In this document: positions 47,950 to 59,161 of the stretch, piece after piece
How the letters are laid out: each line of letters begins with the position of its first letter
Numbering within the stretch: the stretch's first letter is position 1
Assembly (NCBI GenBank): GCA_040776945.1
Contig: JAXGZN010000001.1
Location: forward strand, 576,001-640,000
Direction: 5' to 3'
DNA: 64,000 nt
Source of the DNA: Methanomassiliicoccaceae archaeon
GTDB taxonomy: Archaea > Thermoplasmatota > Thermoplasmata > Methanomassiliicoccales > Methanomassiliicoccaceae
The notes under the pieces: model-generated
Seen by the model: the letters and a program-made list of their open reading frames with translations, nothing else
Told to the model about the DNA's origin: nothing
Database searches by the model: none
Translations under genes and position numbers: made by a program

Positions 47950-48273
47950 TCAGAGCTTCCGGCGCATGACCTCTTCGATCTCTTCCTTCGGCACCAGGCC
48001 GACGATCTGATCGACCACCTTGCCGTCCTTGAAGAACAGCAGGGTGGGGATGGCCATTATGCGGTAGGTCTGGGACAGCTGGGGGTTCTCGTCCACATTG
48101 AGCTTGGCGAAGGCGACCTTACCAGAATATTCCTTGGCCATCCGCTCGATGATGGGGCCGATCATCCGGCACGGTCCGCACCACGCCGCCCAGCAGTCCA
48201 CGACGAGCTTGGGGTTGGCCTTCAAGGTGGAGTCAAAATTGGATTGATCGATCTCGATGACGTTCTCGGCCAT
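47950..48273 (-). CDS. trxA: Thioredoxin
   Basis: WAAWCGPC, KLNVDEN, IPTL. Confidence 0.95.
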   Translation of the reverse strand: MAENVIEIDQSNFDSTLKANPKLVVDCWAAWCGPCRMIGPIIERMAKEYSGKVAFAKLNVDENPQLSQTYRIMAIPTLLFFKDGKVVDQIVGLVPKEEIEEVMRRKL

Positions 48274-48691
48274 AGGTATCATCGCGAAATATCGCACACA
48301 GGGTATATGACGGTATTCCCAAAGCTCGTTGTTCCTAAAGTCTAAAAAGATATAGGTGCAATGGGCCATCTGAGGGTTTTTCAGGAGATGTGTACGTTAT
48401 AGCTGGGGGAGGCTATGACCGCTTTATGCCAATGACCTTCGGGCCCTCAATGATGCTTTCCGTCTCAAGCCCCTCGAGAACATGATGGAGCCATCCGCAG
48501 CTCACCATTGCGCTCATAGCATTGCGGCGACAGGTTCGGTCCTTCGCCTCCGCGCCAATGATGACCATGCAAATGCGTTCGATCCTGTCCATCTCTGAGC
48601 GCCTGAGAGGGGAACGCCATAAGGTGGTCAATAAAAAGGATGGCGGAAAGGGATTGAAAGGGAGGCCACAAGGCCCCTCTTAGCATAGGTC

Positions 48692-49423
48692 TTACTTCTT
48701 CCTTTTCTTCTTTCCCCGGTTCGTGTAGGTCAGGAAGACGACCACCAACAGGAGCACGACCATGATCGCCAGCACCATGTTGAGCGTGCCGTAGATGGTC
48801 CCTCCCTTGTGGAAGGTGGCGGTGAACGTCGTGCTGCCGTCCAGGAACCTCACGAACTCGCTGTTGGGGTCGAGGACTATCTCCACTGTGTGCTCCCCGT
48901 CCTTGAGGTCGCCGGCCGTCCAGTTGTAGGTCAGCGTCTTGGTCGAGTTCGCGGGTATGGTGAACGCCGTGGTGTTGATCACCGCCCCGTCGGCCTTGAA
49001 CTGCACCGGGACGTCGGTCAGCGTGACGTTGCCCGAGTTGTGCACCTCGGCGGAGATGACCACCGGCTTGACCACCTTGATGGTGTACCTCTCCGTCTGG
49101 TCCACGGTCCCGTTGGTGAGGCCTATGCTCAGCACCAGGTCGCCGAGGACGGTGCCCGCGGTCACCTTGACGGTGAAGTTCTCCGCATCGGTCGTCCCCG
49201 TCGTAGGGGCTACCGTTCCCGAGCTCACTGAGGCGTTCCAGGTGTAGTTTCCGGCCGGCCGGTCGGTCGACACGTGAACGATGACGTCCCCGGTCCCGCT
49301 GGGCTGCAGGTATTGAACGCTCCCGTCGAAGCTGACGCTGTATCTGTCGGTCTCCGCTGCCATGGCCGACGGAGCGGCCAGGCAGGCCATCAGCAGCAGC
49401 GATGCCGCCGCTGCCAGGATCAT
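48692..49423 (-). CDS. CARDB-like surface protein with C-terminal TM
   Basis: Signal peptide; AEV.N.G, V.F..DG, W....GEHTV...LDP; 4-nt overlap with aglB. Confidence 0.75.
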   Translation of the reverse strand: MILAAAASLLLMACLAAPSAMAAETDRYSVSFDGSVQYLQPSGTGDVIVHVSTDRPAGNYTWNASVSSGTVAPTTGTTDAENFTVKVTAGTVLGDLVLSIGLTNGTVDQTERYTIKVVKPVVISAEVHNSGNVTLTDVPVQFKADGAVINTTAFTIPANSTKTLTYNWTAGDLKDGEHTVEIVLDPNSEFVRFLDGSTTFTATFHKGGTIYGTLNMVLAIMVVLLLVVVFLTYTNRGKKKRKK

Positions 49424-52400
49424 CTCTTTCTTCGGCGTCCGAACACCCCCTTGTTGACCCTGAGGACCACGAACAGAACCAGCAGGAGCGCGACCAGGAC
49501 CGCCAGGGCCCAGGTGCCTGCCGGGATCTGCGGGGTTCCCATGGTTATCCCCTCGCCGCTTACCTCCAGGCCGCCGTCGGTCACGTCCACTGAGGTCTTC
49601 TGGATGGATTGCTCCGCGGAGGCGGTGGCGTTGGTGGAGACCACGGCGACGCGGACGGACGCGCCCATGTCGGGCGAGTCGGAGGCCTTGGTCAGTATGA
49701 CGTTGACCGTCTGGCCGCTGCCCGCGGAAACGGTCACCAGCCGGTAGTTGGTGTCGACCCCGGATATCCTCGCGGTCCAGCCGTCCATCGCCAGCTGATC
49801 GAGGTTGCTGACGGTGAAGTTGTAGGAGTCCTGGGCGTTGCCCTCGTTCTTGATCTGGAACGGATAGGTGATCGAGGTGCCGTCGACCGCCTGCGCCGAG
49901 CCCATGGACACCGACACCTTGTAGGTCGGGTTCACGTTGACGTCAAGGTTCACGCTGCCCTTGGCCGAAGTGTGGTTCAGGGAGGTCGCGGTGATCTTGA
50001 CCGGCGAATGGATCACCTTGGCGTTCTCGGGGACGATGATGGTCACCTGCACGGTGCGGGAGCTTCCAGTTCCCCAGGGCAGGCTTATGTCGTTCTCGGA
50101 GAAGGTCACGTTCCAGGTCGAGTCCGAACTCAGCCGGTAGGTGTCGTCCACGTTGCCGCGGTTATATACCGTGACATCGTAGGTGACCGTCTGCCCGGCG
50201 TCCACGGTCTTCTTGGTACCTGAGTCCCAGACCAGTTCGACCGCGCCGCTCAGCTGCCTGACCAGGTCGATGTTCCTGGTGGTGGCCCCGCTGACGGTGA
50301 TCTCGAAGCTGCTGGTGTGAGTTACGTTCACGCCCGCGACCTCCTCGTTGGTCCATGTGGCCGCGGCGTTGTAGGTGCCGGCCGGCAACAGTATGCTGTA
50401 CGAGCCGCCCGCCCCACTGGTCGCCGTGGCCTGCGCGTTGTCGGAGAAGGTCACCGTCGCCCCGCTCACGCCCGCCCCGTTGTAGCTGATGACCCCGGAG
50501 ACGGTGTTGCCGGGCTCGAAGGTCAGGTTCGCGGCGTTGGCCTGGTTGGGGTTGACGGTTATCACTCCGAGGTAAACGTTGGAGCCGGCAACGCCATAGG
50601 CGCTGTAGGTCCCTGGTGCCAGGGTGAACGAGTAGGAGCCAGCGTCGGAGCTTCCGGTGCTGTCCACCGCCGTGTCGGAGAGGGCCTTGAAGGTCCAGGT
50701 TACGCCGGATCCTGCCCCGCTCAGCGATCCGCTGATAGTGGCGGTGTCCAGCGTCCGGTTGAGCCCGATGTCCCTCTCAGTGGTACCGCTCACGGTCACG
50801 CTCTGCGTGCCGGAGTACACCACATATCTCGGCTTCTCGTCCACCGTGGCCTTGGTGTGGTAGTTCGCACCTATGCTGTACGTCCCATTGACCAGGTAGG
50901 TGGTGAACGAGCCTTTGCTGTTGGCGTTCATGGGAAGGCTCGCCGCGCCGGAGCCGATGGTCACGTTGGCCGGTATGCTCAGATCGCTGCCGTCGTACTG
51001 CAGCTGGCCGGTGAAGGCCGGGGCGTACTGGGGCGTGATGCTCATCGAGGCTCCGGCGGACAGGGCCTCGGAGCGCAGGTCCGCGAAGTGGGCGTTGTTC
51101 TCGGTCAGGCTCGTGTATATGGTGTAAGTTCCCGGCGCCAGATATTCGGTGATGGTCGGGGCCGCGTTGACCGTCATGTTCTGGGGCCCGATGAAGCGGA
51201 CCGAGCCGGTCGCCGACGCGCCCATGCTCACGCTGAGGGTCACCTTCGCGCTCTCGGTGACCGCGATGGCCTGGGCCGCGGGGTCCCTGCCTACCTCGAC
51301 CGTGAGGGGCTGGGAGGCCTTGTACCGAGACGAGTCGTCGCCGGAGGTGACGTTCTGGTCCACGATCATGGAGTAGGTCCCCGGGCTGAGGCTGACGCTG
51401 AACGCACCAGAGCCGCCGGTGACCGCCGAGGTCGACCGAGCGCCGCCGCCGTTGGCCGTGAAGCTCACGGTCACCCCGCCGACCCCGGAGCCTCCCGAGG
51501 TCAAGGTGCCGGTGACGGTGCGGTTGTCGGCGACCATGGGAATGTTCTCCTTGGCCGCGGCGTTCAGCGGGTCGTAGGTCTTCTCCCAGGTCTGGTATCC
51601 GCTCAGCGAGGCGGTCAGCTGGTAGCTGCCCTTGGGCAGGGTGATGTTGTATCCGCCGGAGGAGGCGGACACGAAGGACACCGTCTGCGCGGCGGCCGTG
51701 GTCGACCGCACGCTGAGCACGACGTTGGGTATGCCCTCGCTGCTGTCCATCTCCCCGTTGCCGTTGGTATCGTACCACGTCCTCCCGGAGATGTACACCG
51801 AATCCGTCAGAGCGATGTCCTGGGACGTCGCGCCGGAGACCGATGCGGTGCTCCAATATGCCTTGCTCGGACCGGAGGCGTATACGAAGTAGTCCCCGTT
51901 CGGCAGGACCAGGCGGTACGCTCCTTCCGAGTTCGTGGTCGCGGTGACGAAGGTCGCGTCAGAGGTCCTGGTGTACACGACCTTGGCGGAGCCTGCCGCG
52001 GTGCTGCCGTCCTTGACCGTGCCGGTGACCACGGAGCCCGCCGACATCGACAGGTCCACGGTCGCGGTGTTGCTGTTCGCGTTCAGAGGGGACATGGCCA
52101 CCTGGTCCACGCCGCCTACGCTGACGATCGCGTACGCGGTGTAGACGCCCTGGGGCAAGGTGATGCGATAGTTGCCCGAGGCGTCGGTGGTGGTGAACTG
52201 CTCCCTGGACGCGGATATGAACCCGACCGCGACATTGGCCTGAGGCGATCCTCCCAGGGTCACCGTGCCGGTGACCTGGGTGGCCGAGCGCACCCTGAGC
52301 TCCACGCTCTTGCTGCTCCCGGCGCTGACGCTCACCTTCACCGAGCCGGCGCTGATGTTATAGTCCGTCGTGTCAACGGTGTAGTTGCCAGGCAGCAGGC

Positions 52401-55400
52401 GGTCGAAGGTGAACGTGCCGCCCGAGCCGCTGGTGGCGTTGGTGACGTTGCCGTTCTTGTCGTCGGTGATGCTGACCCCGATGCCCTCGGCCGCTCCTCC
52501 GCTGACGAAGGAAAGGGTGCCGGAGACCGTCGCGGGCTTTACGGCCAGGTTCCGGTTCATGGCCTGGCCGGCCACGGTGGTCACGGTGGTCCGCCCGAAC
52601 TCGTGGCCCTTGTAGGTGGCGTAGAGAACGTTGGACTCGCCGCCCACCGCTGTCATGCTGTAGGAGCCGTTGGCATCGGTGGTGGCCGTGGCCTTGAACC
52701 CGGTGTCGTTGTTGATCATGGTGACCTCGGCCCCGGAGATGTACTCATCGCCGGTGCCGAAGCGGCCGTCCCCGTTCATGTCCCAGAACACCGAACCGGA
52801 GATTACGGAAGCGGGCAGGACGACGTCGCCGTTCGCGCTGAAGGCCTCTTTGCCCATGGCCTGAGCGTAGGAGACCGTGAAGTTCAGGCGGTCCAGCTCG
52901 GCGCCCACCAGGGTATCGCCCTTCGGGTCCCCGGCGGAGAACACCACGCTGACGTCGCCGAACGGCAGGAGGACGCTGTACGACCCGTCGGCCGAGGTCC
53001 TCACATTATCATGGGGGATGCCATACTCATCGACCACCGTCACCTGGATCCTTGCCAGCGGGGCGCCGTCGTTCGATGTGGCGGTCCCGCTCAGAGGCGC
53101 TCCGTCATAATACTGCAGGAATGTCACTCCGGACTGCAGGCTGGCGGCGGACATGTCCACCGTGCCGTTCATCTTGCCGGCGTCGATCTGCTGCTTGAGG
53201 TACAGCGCCTCGTCGAAGGAGATGGCCTTCCACTCGCGGGAGTGGTTGGCGACATCGGCCGAGCCGTACGGGTTGAAGTACGCGGTCCGGTACACCTGGC
53301 GGAAGTGCGTCAGGTTGTAGCCGGGCATGGCGTCGTATTTGGTCATCGAGCCGGAGATGCCGGGGATGCCCTGGCTGGTGGCGTCCACGTCACTGGGGCT
53401 CAGGCCCATGAACGAACGGTACAGCATGGTCTTATAGAACAGGTCGGTGTAGTAGATCTGGTAGCCGAGCACTCTGTCCATAGAGCCCACGTCCTTGACG
53501 TCGACCACGGAATAGTCGCTCAGCACCGCCTTGATCGAATAATAGTCGGTAGGGGCGTTGGTCGCGCGGTCGATGACCCGGTCGTTCAGCTTGGCCGGGG
53601 CGTAGAAGATGTTGCTGCTGGTGGCGCTGAAGGGGAACAAGCGGCTGTCGACAGCGACGTAGCCGATATCGTGGCCGGTTACCTCCCTCAGGTCCTGGTA
53701 CAGGCTGACCATTTTGCTCATGCCGGCCTTGCTTATCTCCACCCTGGCCGCGGCGTACTTGGCGTTGCCGGGGCTCAGGTCGTCGGTGAAGTTGCCGTAG
53801 ACCTCGGGGTTGTCCTTCACCTTCTGGACGTAGTTCGCGGGGTTCTGCATGATGTCCTTGACCGCGTCGGCGTCCACGCCATTCGCCCGCAGGGCGTTCA
53901 TCACCGAGCCGTTGAAGTCCGTGCCCTCGAGCAGCCTGACGATGAGTAGGGACACGGCGTCGCTCTCGTTCTCGGACATGAGGAACGAGCCGGCGAACTC
54001 GTAGCCGTCCTGGAAGTTGTCGGCGACCGTGGGATGGCGGCCCTGCTGGACCGCCTCGAAGCCGTAGTCCCACCATGACAGGTAGGCCGGCCGGTCCTGG
54101 ATCGGTTCCTCAGTGTCCTGGGTGGCGAACCATGACCAAGCCGCCGGATAGTAGGCGGTGGGCAGGGGAAGCGAGTAGCTGAACGCCCCCAGGTACCAGT
54201 AGGTGCCGTTCTGGACATCGTAGCCGGAGGGGTGTATGAAGTCCGGCAGAGCATGATAGATCTCCCGGTCATACTCCTTCTTGGTCTCCGAGGGGATGCC
54301 GGCGTCAACCGAGGTCCAGGCGTTGGGCAGAATGATCAGGAAGGCGAGGAACAGCGCCACGGCGACGTGGCGGACCTTGACCGCCTTCTTGAGAGTGGTC
54401 CAGGGGTTGGACCGGAACCCGCTGAGGGCCCGGGGGACCTCCTCGAACTTGATCAGCCCAATGATCAGCGCCAATATCCATCCGGCGGACATGGCGAAGG
54501 CCGGGGAGGCGTTGAACATGAACCTGCTGGCCGAGGCCGCCATGTAAATGCTCACGGCCATCCACACCACCACGAACACAAGGTATGGGGAGGGGTTCTT
54601 GGGTATCTTGACCGCTGCCCACACGATCCCGATCAGCGCCAGCCAGAAGGTCACGGCCCCGAATGACAGGACCAGGTACGAGAACGTCGGCGCCTGCGCC
54701 TCCGAGATGGTGGAGTACAGCTTGCTCTTGACCAGGTAGCCCTGGCCGGTGATGATCGCCTCGAATATGTTGGGGGCGATGAAGAATATCGCCACCAGCC
54801 CTATGGCGATGATGCCCGCCACTGCCGGTATTGCCAGCGTCCATGGGTAGTCGCGGGAGACCATTAACAGGCCGCCAACCAGCATCGAGCCGAGGAACAG
54901 ATAGAACGGCACGTCGAACCACTGGCCCCAGTAGTTCATTTGCCAGTAGAGCGGGGCCATCACTGCGAAGGCGGTTATCAGCATGACGAACACTATGAAG
55001 AACTCGCCCATGGAGTCGACGTTCCGAAAGCGGTTGATGAGGACCTGCACAAGGAAGTAGACCAGGACGATGATCAGCAGGTAGGTGTAGCCGGTCCAGA
55101 CCATGGCCACGGCGGCTATGCATGTCCCGCCCAACATCGCATAGATGAGCGACCGCTTGTTCGTGCTGAAGTAGCTCTCCAAACCAGACCGTATGGTCCT
55201 GCGGTCCCTCCAATCGGCGACCCATTTCGTACCCTTCATCGTGGCCAGGGCGCGGAACAGGAAGTACAGCGCGAACACCACGAAGAACAGGATCATGGCA
55301 TCATGGTCGGCGTCGGCAAGCACGCTGCGGGTGATGTTACCAGGCATCAGCGCGAACAGCAGCGACGCCAGAAGACCGGCCCGATTGCCGAACGCGGCAC

Positions 55401-55872
55401 GGGTGAGCATGTACAGCGGGATGATGGTAAGCGCGCTCCAGAACGGGGTGGACAGCACCAGGGTGTATCCGGTGGCGTCGCTGAGCGAGGCCCCGGATAT
55501 GCCTGAGATGAACATGCTGGTCACCGCCACCGACCAATCGTACAGGGGGGGCCTCATGTTCCTTATGCCCATGGGGTAGTTCAGAAGGGGGTCCTGGACC
55601 AGATGTTGGCCGTTATCCTCAACGTACTCGATCACGCGCATGTGATAGTATGAGTCAGAACCACCGGCGACCAGGAAACCGTTGTCCACCGAGGTGGAGA
55701 AGCCATAGTACGATCGCACGAAAAGCGCGATGAATATGACCACCACCAGGATGAGGATGGTGCCCCAGTTCTTACCCAGCCAAGTGTCCTTGAACCGGGA
55801 CTGGATGCCCTCCTTGGTCGGCTTCCGTTCCTTCTGGGACCGGCCGTCAGGCCTCCCTGCTTTCGCTTCCAT
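49420..55872 (-). CDS. aglB: Giant oligosaccharyltransferase AglB/STT3 with long carboxypeptidase-regulatory-like/Ig repeats and a C-terminal anchor
   Basis: DSYYH, DHD, TISEAQ, SWWDYG, VADNFQ; then more than 1200 aa of beta-sandwich repeats and a TM ending RRKR. Confidence 0.88.
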   Translation of the reverse strand: MEAKAGRPDGRSQKERKPTKEGIQSRFKDTWLGKNWGTILILVVVIFIALFVRSYYGFSTSVDNGFLVAGGSDSYYHMRVIEYVEDNGQHLVQDPLLNYPMGIRNMRPPLYDWSVAVTSMFISGISGASLSDATGYTLVLSTPFWSALTIIPLYMLTRAAFGNRAGLLASLLFALMPGNITRSVLADADHDAMILFFVVFALYFLFRALATMKGTKWVADWRDRRTIRSGLESYFSTNKRSLIYAMLGGTCIAAVAMVWTGYTYLLIIVLVYFLVQVLINRFRNVDSMGEFFIVFVMLITAFAVMAPLYWQMNYWGQWFDVPFYLFLGSMLVGGLLMVSRDYPWTLAIPAVAGIIAIGLVAIFFIAPNIFEAIITGQGYLVKSKLYSTISEAQAPTFSYLVLSFGAVTFWLALIGIVWAAVKIPKNPSPYLVFVVVWMAVSIYMAASASRFMFNASPAFAMSAGWILALIIGLIKFEEVPRALSGFRSNPWTTLKKAVKVRHVAVALFLAFLIILPNAWTSVDAGIPSETKKEYDREIYHALPDFIHPSGYDVQNGTYWYLGAFSYSLPLPTAYYPAAWSWFATQDTEEPIQDRPAYLSWWDYGFEAVQQGRHPTVADNFQDGYEFAGSFLMSENESDAVSLLIVRLLEGTDFNGSVMNALRANGVDADAVKDIMQNPANYVQKVKDNPEVYGNFTDDLSPGNAKYAAARVEISKAGMSKMVSLYQDLREVTGHDIGYVAVDSRLFPFSATSSNIFYAPAKLNDRVIDRATNAPTDYYSIKAVLSDYSVVDVKDVGSMDRVLGYQIYYTDLFYKTMLYRSFMGLSPSDVDATSQGIPGISGSMTKYDAMPGYNLTHFRQVYRTAYFNPYGSADVANHSREWKAISFDEALYLKQQIDAGKMNGTVDMSAASLQSGVTFLQYYDGAPLSGTATSNDGAPLARIQVTVVDEYGIPHDNVRTSADGSYSVLLPFGDVSVVFSAGDPKGDTLVGAELDRLNFTVSYAQAMGKEAFSANGDVVLPASVISGSVFWDMNGDGRFGTGDEYISGAEVTMINNDTGFKATATTDANGSYSMTAVGGESNVLYATYKGHEFGRTTVTTVAGQAMNRNLAVKPATVSGTLSFVSGGAAEGIGVSITDDKNGNVTNATSGSGGTFTFDRLLPGNYTVDTTDYNISAGSVKVSVSAGSSKSVELRVRSATQVTGTVTLGGSPQANVAVGFISASREQFTTTDASGNYRITLPQGVYTAYAIVSVGGVDQVAMSPLNANSNTATVDLSMSAGSVVTGTVKDGSTAAGSAKVVYTRTSDATFVTATTNSEGAYRLVLPNGDYFVYASGPSKAYWSTASVSGATSQDIALTDSVYISGRTWYDTNGNGEMDSSEGIPNVVLSVRSTTAAAQTVSFVSASSGGYNITLPKGSYQLTASLSGYQTWEKTYDPLNAAAKENIPMVADNRTVTGTLTSGGSGVGGVTVSFTANGGGARSTSAVTGGSGAFSVSLSPGTYSMIVDQNVTSGDDSSRYKASQPLTVEVGRDPAAQAIAVTESAKVTLSVSMGASATGSVRFIGPQNMTVNAAPTITEYLAPGTYTIYTSLTENNAHFADLRSEALSAGASMSITPQYAPAFTGQLQYDGSDLSIPANVTIGSGAASLPMNANSKGSFTTYLVNGTYSIGANYHTKATVDEKPRYVVYSGTQSVTVSGTTERDIGLNRTLDTATISGSLSGAGSGVTWTFKALSDTAVDSTGSSDAGSYSFTLAPGTYSAYGVAGSNVYLGVITVNPNQANAANLTFEPGNTVSGVISYNGAGVSGATVTFSDNAQATATSGAGGSYSILLPAGTYNAAATWTNEEVAGVNVTHTSSFEITVSGATTRNIDLVRQLSGAVELVWDSGTKKTVDAGQTVTYDVTVYNRGNVDDTYRLSSDSTWNVTFSENDISLPWGTGSSRTVQVTIIVPENAKVIHSPVKITATSLNHTSAKGSVNLDVNVNPTYKVSVSMGSAQAVDGTSITYPFQIKNEGNAQDSYNFTVSNLDQLAMDGWTARISGVDTNYRLVTVSAGSGQTVNVILTKASDSPDMGASVRVAVVSTNATASAEQSIQKTSVDVTDGGLEVSGEGITMGTPQIPAGTWALAVLVALLLVLFVVLRVNKGVFGRRRKR

Positions 55873-56228
55873 CGTTAGAATCTCCTAGGCGGAATCTGTC
55901 TGTGATTACCGGTCCGGTATAAAAAGTCTGCCTCCTTGCCTGAAGATGCTGGCACAACCGCAGACGTCCCCCGCGCGCTGCCCTCCTCCGACCACGCGAT
56001 GGCCGTGTGCGCGCCCGTGAACGAGGGACCGCCGGGGTGGCGGTCGGGGACCGTGCGGGGCGGGGAAGCCGCCGAGGATGGGGCAGACGACCTATCCATC
56101 GATCGGGCGGACCGTCGGGACCCGATGCCTTTCAGCGTCGGGGGACCAGTCCTCGAGCGGCCGCGGTCGGGGCGGAGAACAGGATGGGCCCCTCGGCGCC
56201 AGTCCCTGGACGGGGCGCATCAAGGCGT

Positions 56229-56894
56229 CTAGACCAGGGGCGAGCGTCGCCTCGGCAGTTTCCCGATCTCCTCTGCCAGCTTCGATGCGGCCTCGCGGGG
56301 GTCGGCAGCAGCGTATATAGAGCGGCCGACGATGACATGGTCCGCCCCCATTGCGATGGCGTCGAAGGCGCTTCCTCCCTGCGCGCCCACACCAGGCGAG
56401 AGGATGAGCAGGTCACCGACTATGCTCCGCATCTTCGCGATGCGGTCCGGGCGGGTGGCCGGGGCGATTATGCCTGCGGCGCCGGCCTCCACGGCCATGG
56501 CCGCGAAGCGCTCCGCCAGCGGAGCGGTGTACTCCTGGCCCCCCGGGTGGGACATCTCGGTGACCACGAGGACGTCGAGATCGCCGGCCTCATCTACCGC
56601 CGCCCTCAGCGAATCGGTCCCGGTGAACGCATGGACGATGACCCCGCTGGCTCCCCGCTTCCGCACCTGCTCCACGATGAGCCGGTCGGTGTTCGGTATG
56701 TCCGCGATCTTGAAATCGCAAATGACCGGCGCCAGCCGGGCCAGCCGGGTTATCATCTCCGGGGAGGTCGAGAGCACCAGGGGCCAGTTGATCTTGATCG
56801 CGTCCACCAGGTCTTGGACGTTCTCGGCGACCCTGAGGGCCTTCCGCTCGTCGGTCTCGTCCAGCGCTAAGATCATCCGCGTGCCTGTCCTCAT
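56229..56894 (-). CDS. pyrF: Orotidine-5'-phosphate decarboxylase
   Basis: [40 protein letters not shown]. Confidence 0.96.
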   Translation of the reverse strand: MRTGTRMILALDETDERKALRVAENVQDLVDAIKINWPLVLSTSPEMITRLARLAPVICDFKIADIPNTDRLIVEQVRKRGASGVIVHAFTGTDSLRAAVDEAGDLDVLVVTEMSHPGGQEYTAPLAERFAAMAVEAGAAGIIAPATRPDRIAKMRSIVGDLLILSPGVGAQGGSAFDAIAMGADHVIVGRSIYAAADPREAASKLAEEIGKLPRRRSPLV

Positions 56895-56937
56895 GCTATC
56901 ACGCGGACCTGAAGAACGTGCCGCATAATAGATGTGC

Positions 56938-57459
56938 TCAATGCATGCGGGAGACCATTATACGCCCCATGCCGATGAGCCAGGAATCTGAGACGTTGCA
57001 GTCGGAGTCGCAGGACAGCATGATGAGGCCGTAAACGTTGCGCTCCACGAAGGCGAGGGCCTTCATCCTGCGCCCCGCCTTCCCCGCAGCCTCCATCATT
57101 GCCCCCGCGTCCCCCAGCGCCACCCTGGTCAGCTTGAGGCAGCTCATCCTGCTCAGCATCTTCACCAGGACATCTGAAGCGGCCTTGTGGTTCCGGTAGA
57201 CGATCGTCTCGAAGGACAGGAGCCCCTTTTCCTTCCGTCCGTCCATGAGGGCGAACCTGGAAACAGCGTAGTTCTCGGAATCATGGCGGAGCTTTTCCGA
57301 TGCCTTCACCGGCACCTCGGCCCACCGGGTCGGTAGGTCGCTAGGCACGATCGTCATCTCCCCTGCGGGCCTCACTATCGCCCGCTCGCCTCCCCTCGGC
57401 TCGGCCTTGCTGCCTTGAACATCGAATGGAAGCTCCGTTTCGACCGCCCTTATCGACAT
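56938..57459 (-). CDS. Hypothetical protein
   Basis: 173 aa with a TATA-like TTATATAA upstream; C-half similar to the C-half of 36675-37277. Confidence 0.6.
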   Translation of the reverse strand: MSIRAVETELPFDVQGSKAEPRGGERAIVRPAGEMTIVPSDLPTRWAEVPVKASEKLRHDSENYAVSRFALMDGRKEKGLLSFETIVYRNHKAASDVLVKMLSRMSCLKLTRVALGDAGAMMEAAGKAGRRMKALAFVERNVYGLIMLSCDSDCNVSDSWLIGMGRIMVSRMH

Positions 57460-57677
57460 GACTTCCTCCCTGTTAGAAAATTCGAGCCGCCCTTATATAA
57501 CGATATGCGGACGATGGGGCCCTTGGAGCCAGCAGGTCGGACGCATGAGGCAGGAGGATTATCTCGAAAGGGCGGACGGCCCACTGCTCAGGTTTTGCCG
57601 CCGATGCCGGCGTCCCCTTGACATCACCGGTGAGGTTCGAGTAAAGGTTTATTAGCTGGCCGGGCCTCGTTCGGCCG

Positions 57678-58742
57678 ATGAAGGTCCGTTCCATGGAGGC
57701 GGGCTCGGCCTACACCGGCCGCCTGCCTCGCGGGTGCGTCCTGTGCCGCCAGGGCTCCAAGATGGTCCTGCTGGTCACCGGGAAATGCTCAACCGGCTGC
57801 TATTACTGCCCCCTGTCCCTGGAGAAGCGGGGGAAGGACGTCACCTATGCCAACGAGCGCAAGGTGAGCTCGGACGGCGAGATCATGGACGAGGCGAGGA
57901 CCATCGATGCGCAGGGCACCGGGATCACCGGCGGGGACCCCGTCGCCTGCCTCGAGAGGACGGTGCGCCTGGTCCGAGCGCTGAAGGAAGAGTTCGGCCC
58001 TCGGCATCATGTGCACCTCTACACCTCCTCCCTGGACCTTGACGCGTTCCGGGCCCTGGAGGAGGCGGGCCTCGATGAGCTGAGGCTCCATCCTCCGAGG
58101 GAGAGGTGGAGCACGATGCAGGATGCCGGCATCGCAGAGTTCAAGCGCTCGTCGAAGATGAGGATCGGGCTGGAGGTGCCGGCGCTGCCCGGGGAGGGGG
58201 AGAAGCTCATGGAGCTGGTGGCCTTCGCCGCCGACGCCGGCCTCGATTTCGTCAACCTCAACGAGCTGGAGCTCTCCGAGGGCAACTGGGAGAAGCTGTC
58301 GGAGCGGGGCATGGACGTCAAGGATGGGGTTTCCTCGGCGATCAAGGGCAGCGAGGAGACCGCGCTCGAGGTCTTGGCCGCCGCGAAGCGGGTCCCGGTG
58401 CACTACTGCTCGTCTAGCTTCAAGGACTCGGTGCAGCTGAGGAAGCGGATCAAGCGCCGGGCGCTTCGCGTCGCGCTGCCGTCGGACATCATCACCGAGG
58501 AGGGGACGCTCCTCAAGGGCGTCGTGGAGGGGCCGGTGGACGAAATCGCCGCCATGCTCCGTGACAGGTTCGAGGTGCCACCGAAGCTGTTCAGAATGGA
58601 CGCTGAAAAGAAAAGGGTTGAGGTGGCCCCGTGGGTGCTCGAAGAGATTTTCTCCGAGCTTCCCTACGAGTCCTTCCTGGTGGAGGAGTACCCCACCGCC
58701 GACAGGCTGGAAGTGGAGCGGGAACCGCTCAGGCCACGCTGA
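57678..58742 (+). CDS. Radical SAM protein (conserved archaeal type)
   Basis: CSTGCYYC (CxxxCxxC), GITGGDP, GLDELRLHP, NLNELE. Confidence 0.9.
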   Translation: MKVRSMEAGSAYTGRLPRGCVLCRQGSKMVLLVTGKCSTGCYYCPLSLEKRGKDVTYANERKVSSDGEIMDEARTIDAQGTGITGGDPVACLERTVRLVRALKEEFGPRHHVHLYTSSLDLDAFRALEEAGLDELRLHPPRERWSTMQDAGIAEFKRSSKMRIGLEVPALPGEGEKLMELVAFAADAGLDFVNLNELELSEGNWEKLSERGMDVKDGVSSAIKGSEETALEVLAAAKRVPVHYCSSSFKDSVQLRKRIKRRALRVALPSDIITEEGTLLKGVVEGPVDEIAAMLRDRFEVPPKLFRMDAEKKRVEVAPWVLEEIFSELPYESFLVEEYPTADRLEVEREPLRPR

Positions 58743-59157
58743 TGCTCTGGACGTTGTGGTGACGGTTCACGATGTCCCTGGCGATCTTGAGGTTGCGCCC
58801 GTTCTTGCCTATGGCGCGCCCCTTGACCTTGGGGTCCACGGTCACCGTCGCGTGAACGACGTTCCCGCGGTTCTCTATCACCACGTTCTGCACGTTGTAG
58901 TTGTAGAACACGTTCCGGATGAACTTCTCCGGCTCATCGGAGTACTCGATGACCTGGATGTTCTTTCCGGTCTGGTTCTTGAGGCGGATCACGTTCTCGC
59001 CGGCCTTGCCAACGGCCCGGTTGGCCTGGCCTGGCTCGACCACGAAAACGAGCTTTTCCTCGGTCTCCATGCAGTCCTTGACCCTGGTCTTGGTCACCGC
59101 CTCGAAGAGGTTGATGTACCTCAGGGTGTCCTCGGTGAATGTAATCTCAGCCGGCAT
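58729..59157 (-). CDS. nusA: Archaeal NusA (KH-domain) protein
   Basis: YI.LFE, AVGK.G.NV, AIGKNG.N; position in the RNAP operon. Confidence 0.93.
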   Translation of the reverse strand: MPAEITFTEDTLRYINLFEAVTKTRVKDCMETEEKLVFVVEPGQANRAVGKAGENVIRLKNQTGKNIQVIEYSDEPEKFIRNVFYNYNVQNVVIENRGNVVHATVTVDPKVKGRAIGKNGRNLKIARDIVNRHHNVQSISVA

Positions 59158-59161
59158 AGGA

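Noticed and set aside
48413-48631. Short minus-strand ORF between trxA and the CARDB gene
   Set aside because: No motif or convincing start signal, so coding status is unsupported.
50317-53949. 1210-aa plus-strand ORF, and similar long antisense ORFs such as 20737-22782 and 61536-62924
   Set aside because: Antisense shadows of real genes caused by high GC at third codon positions.
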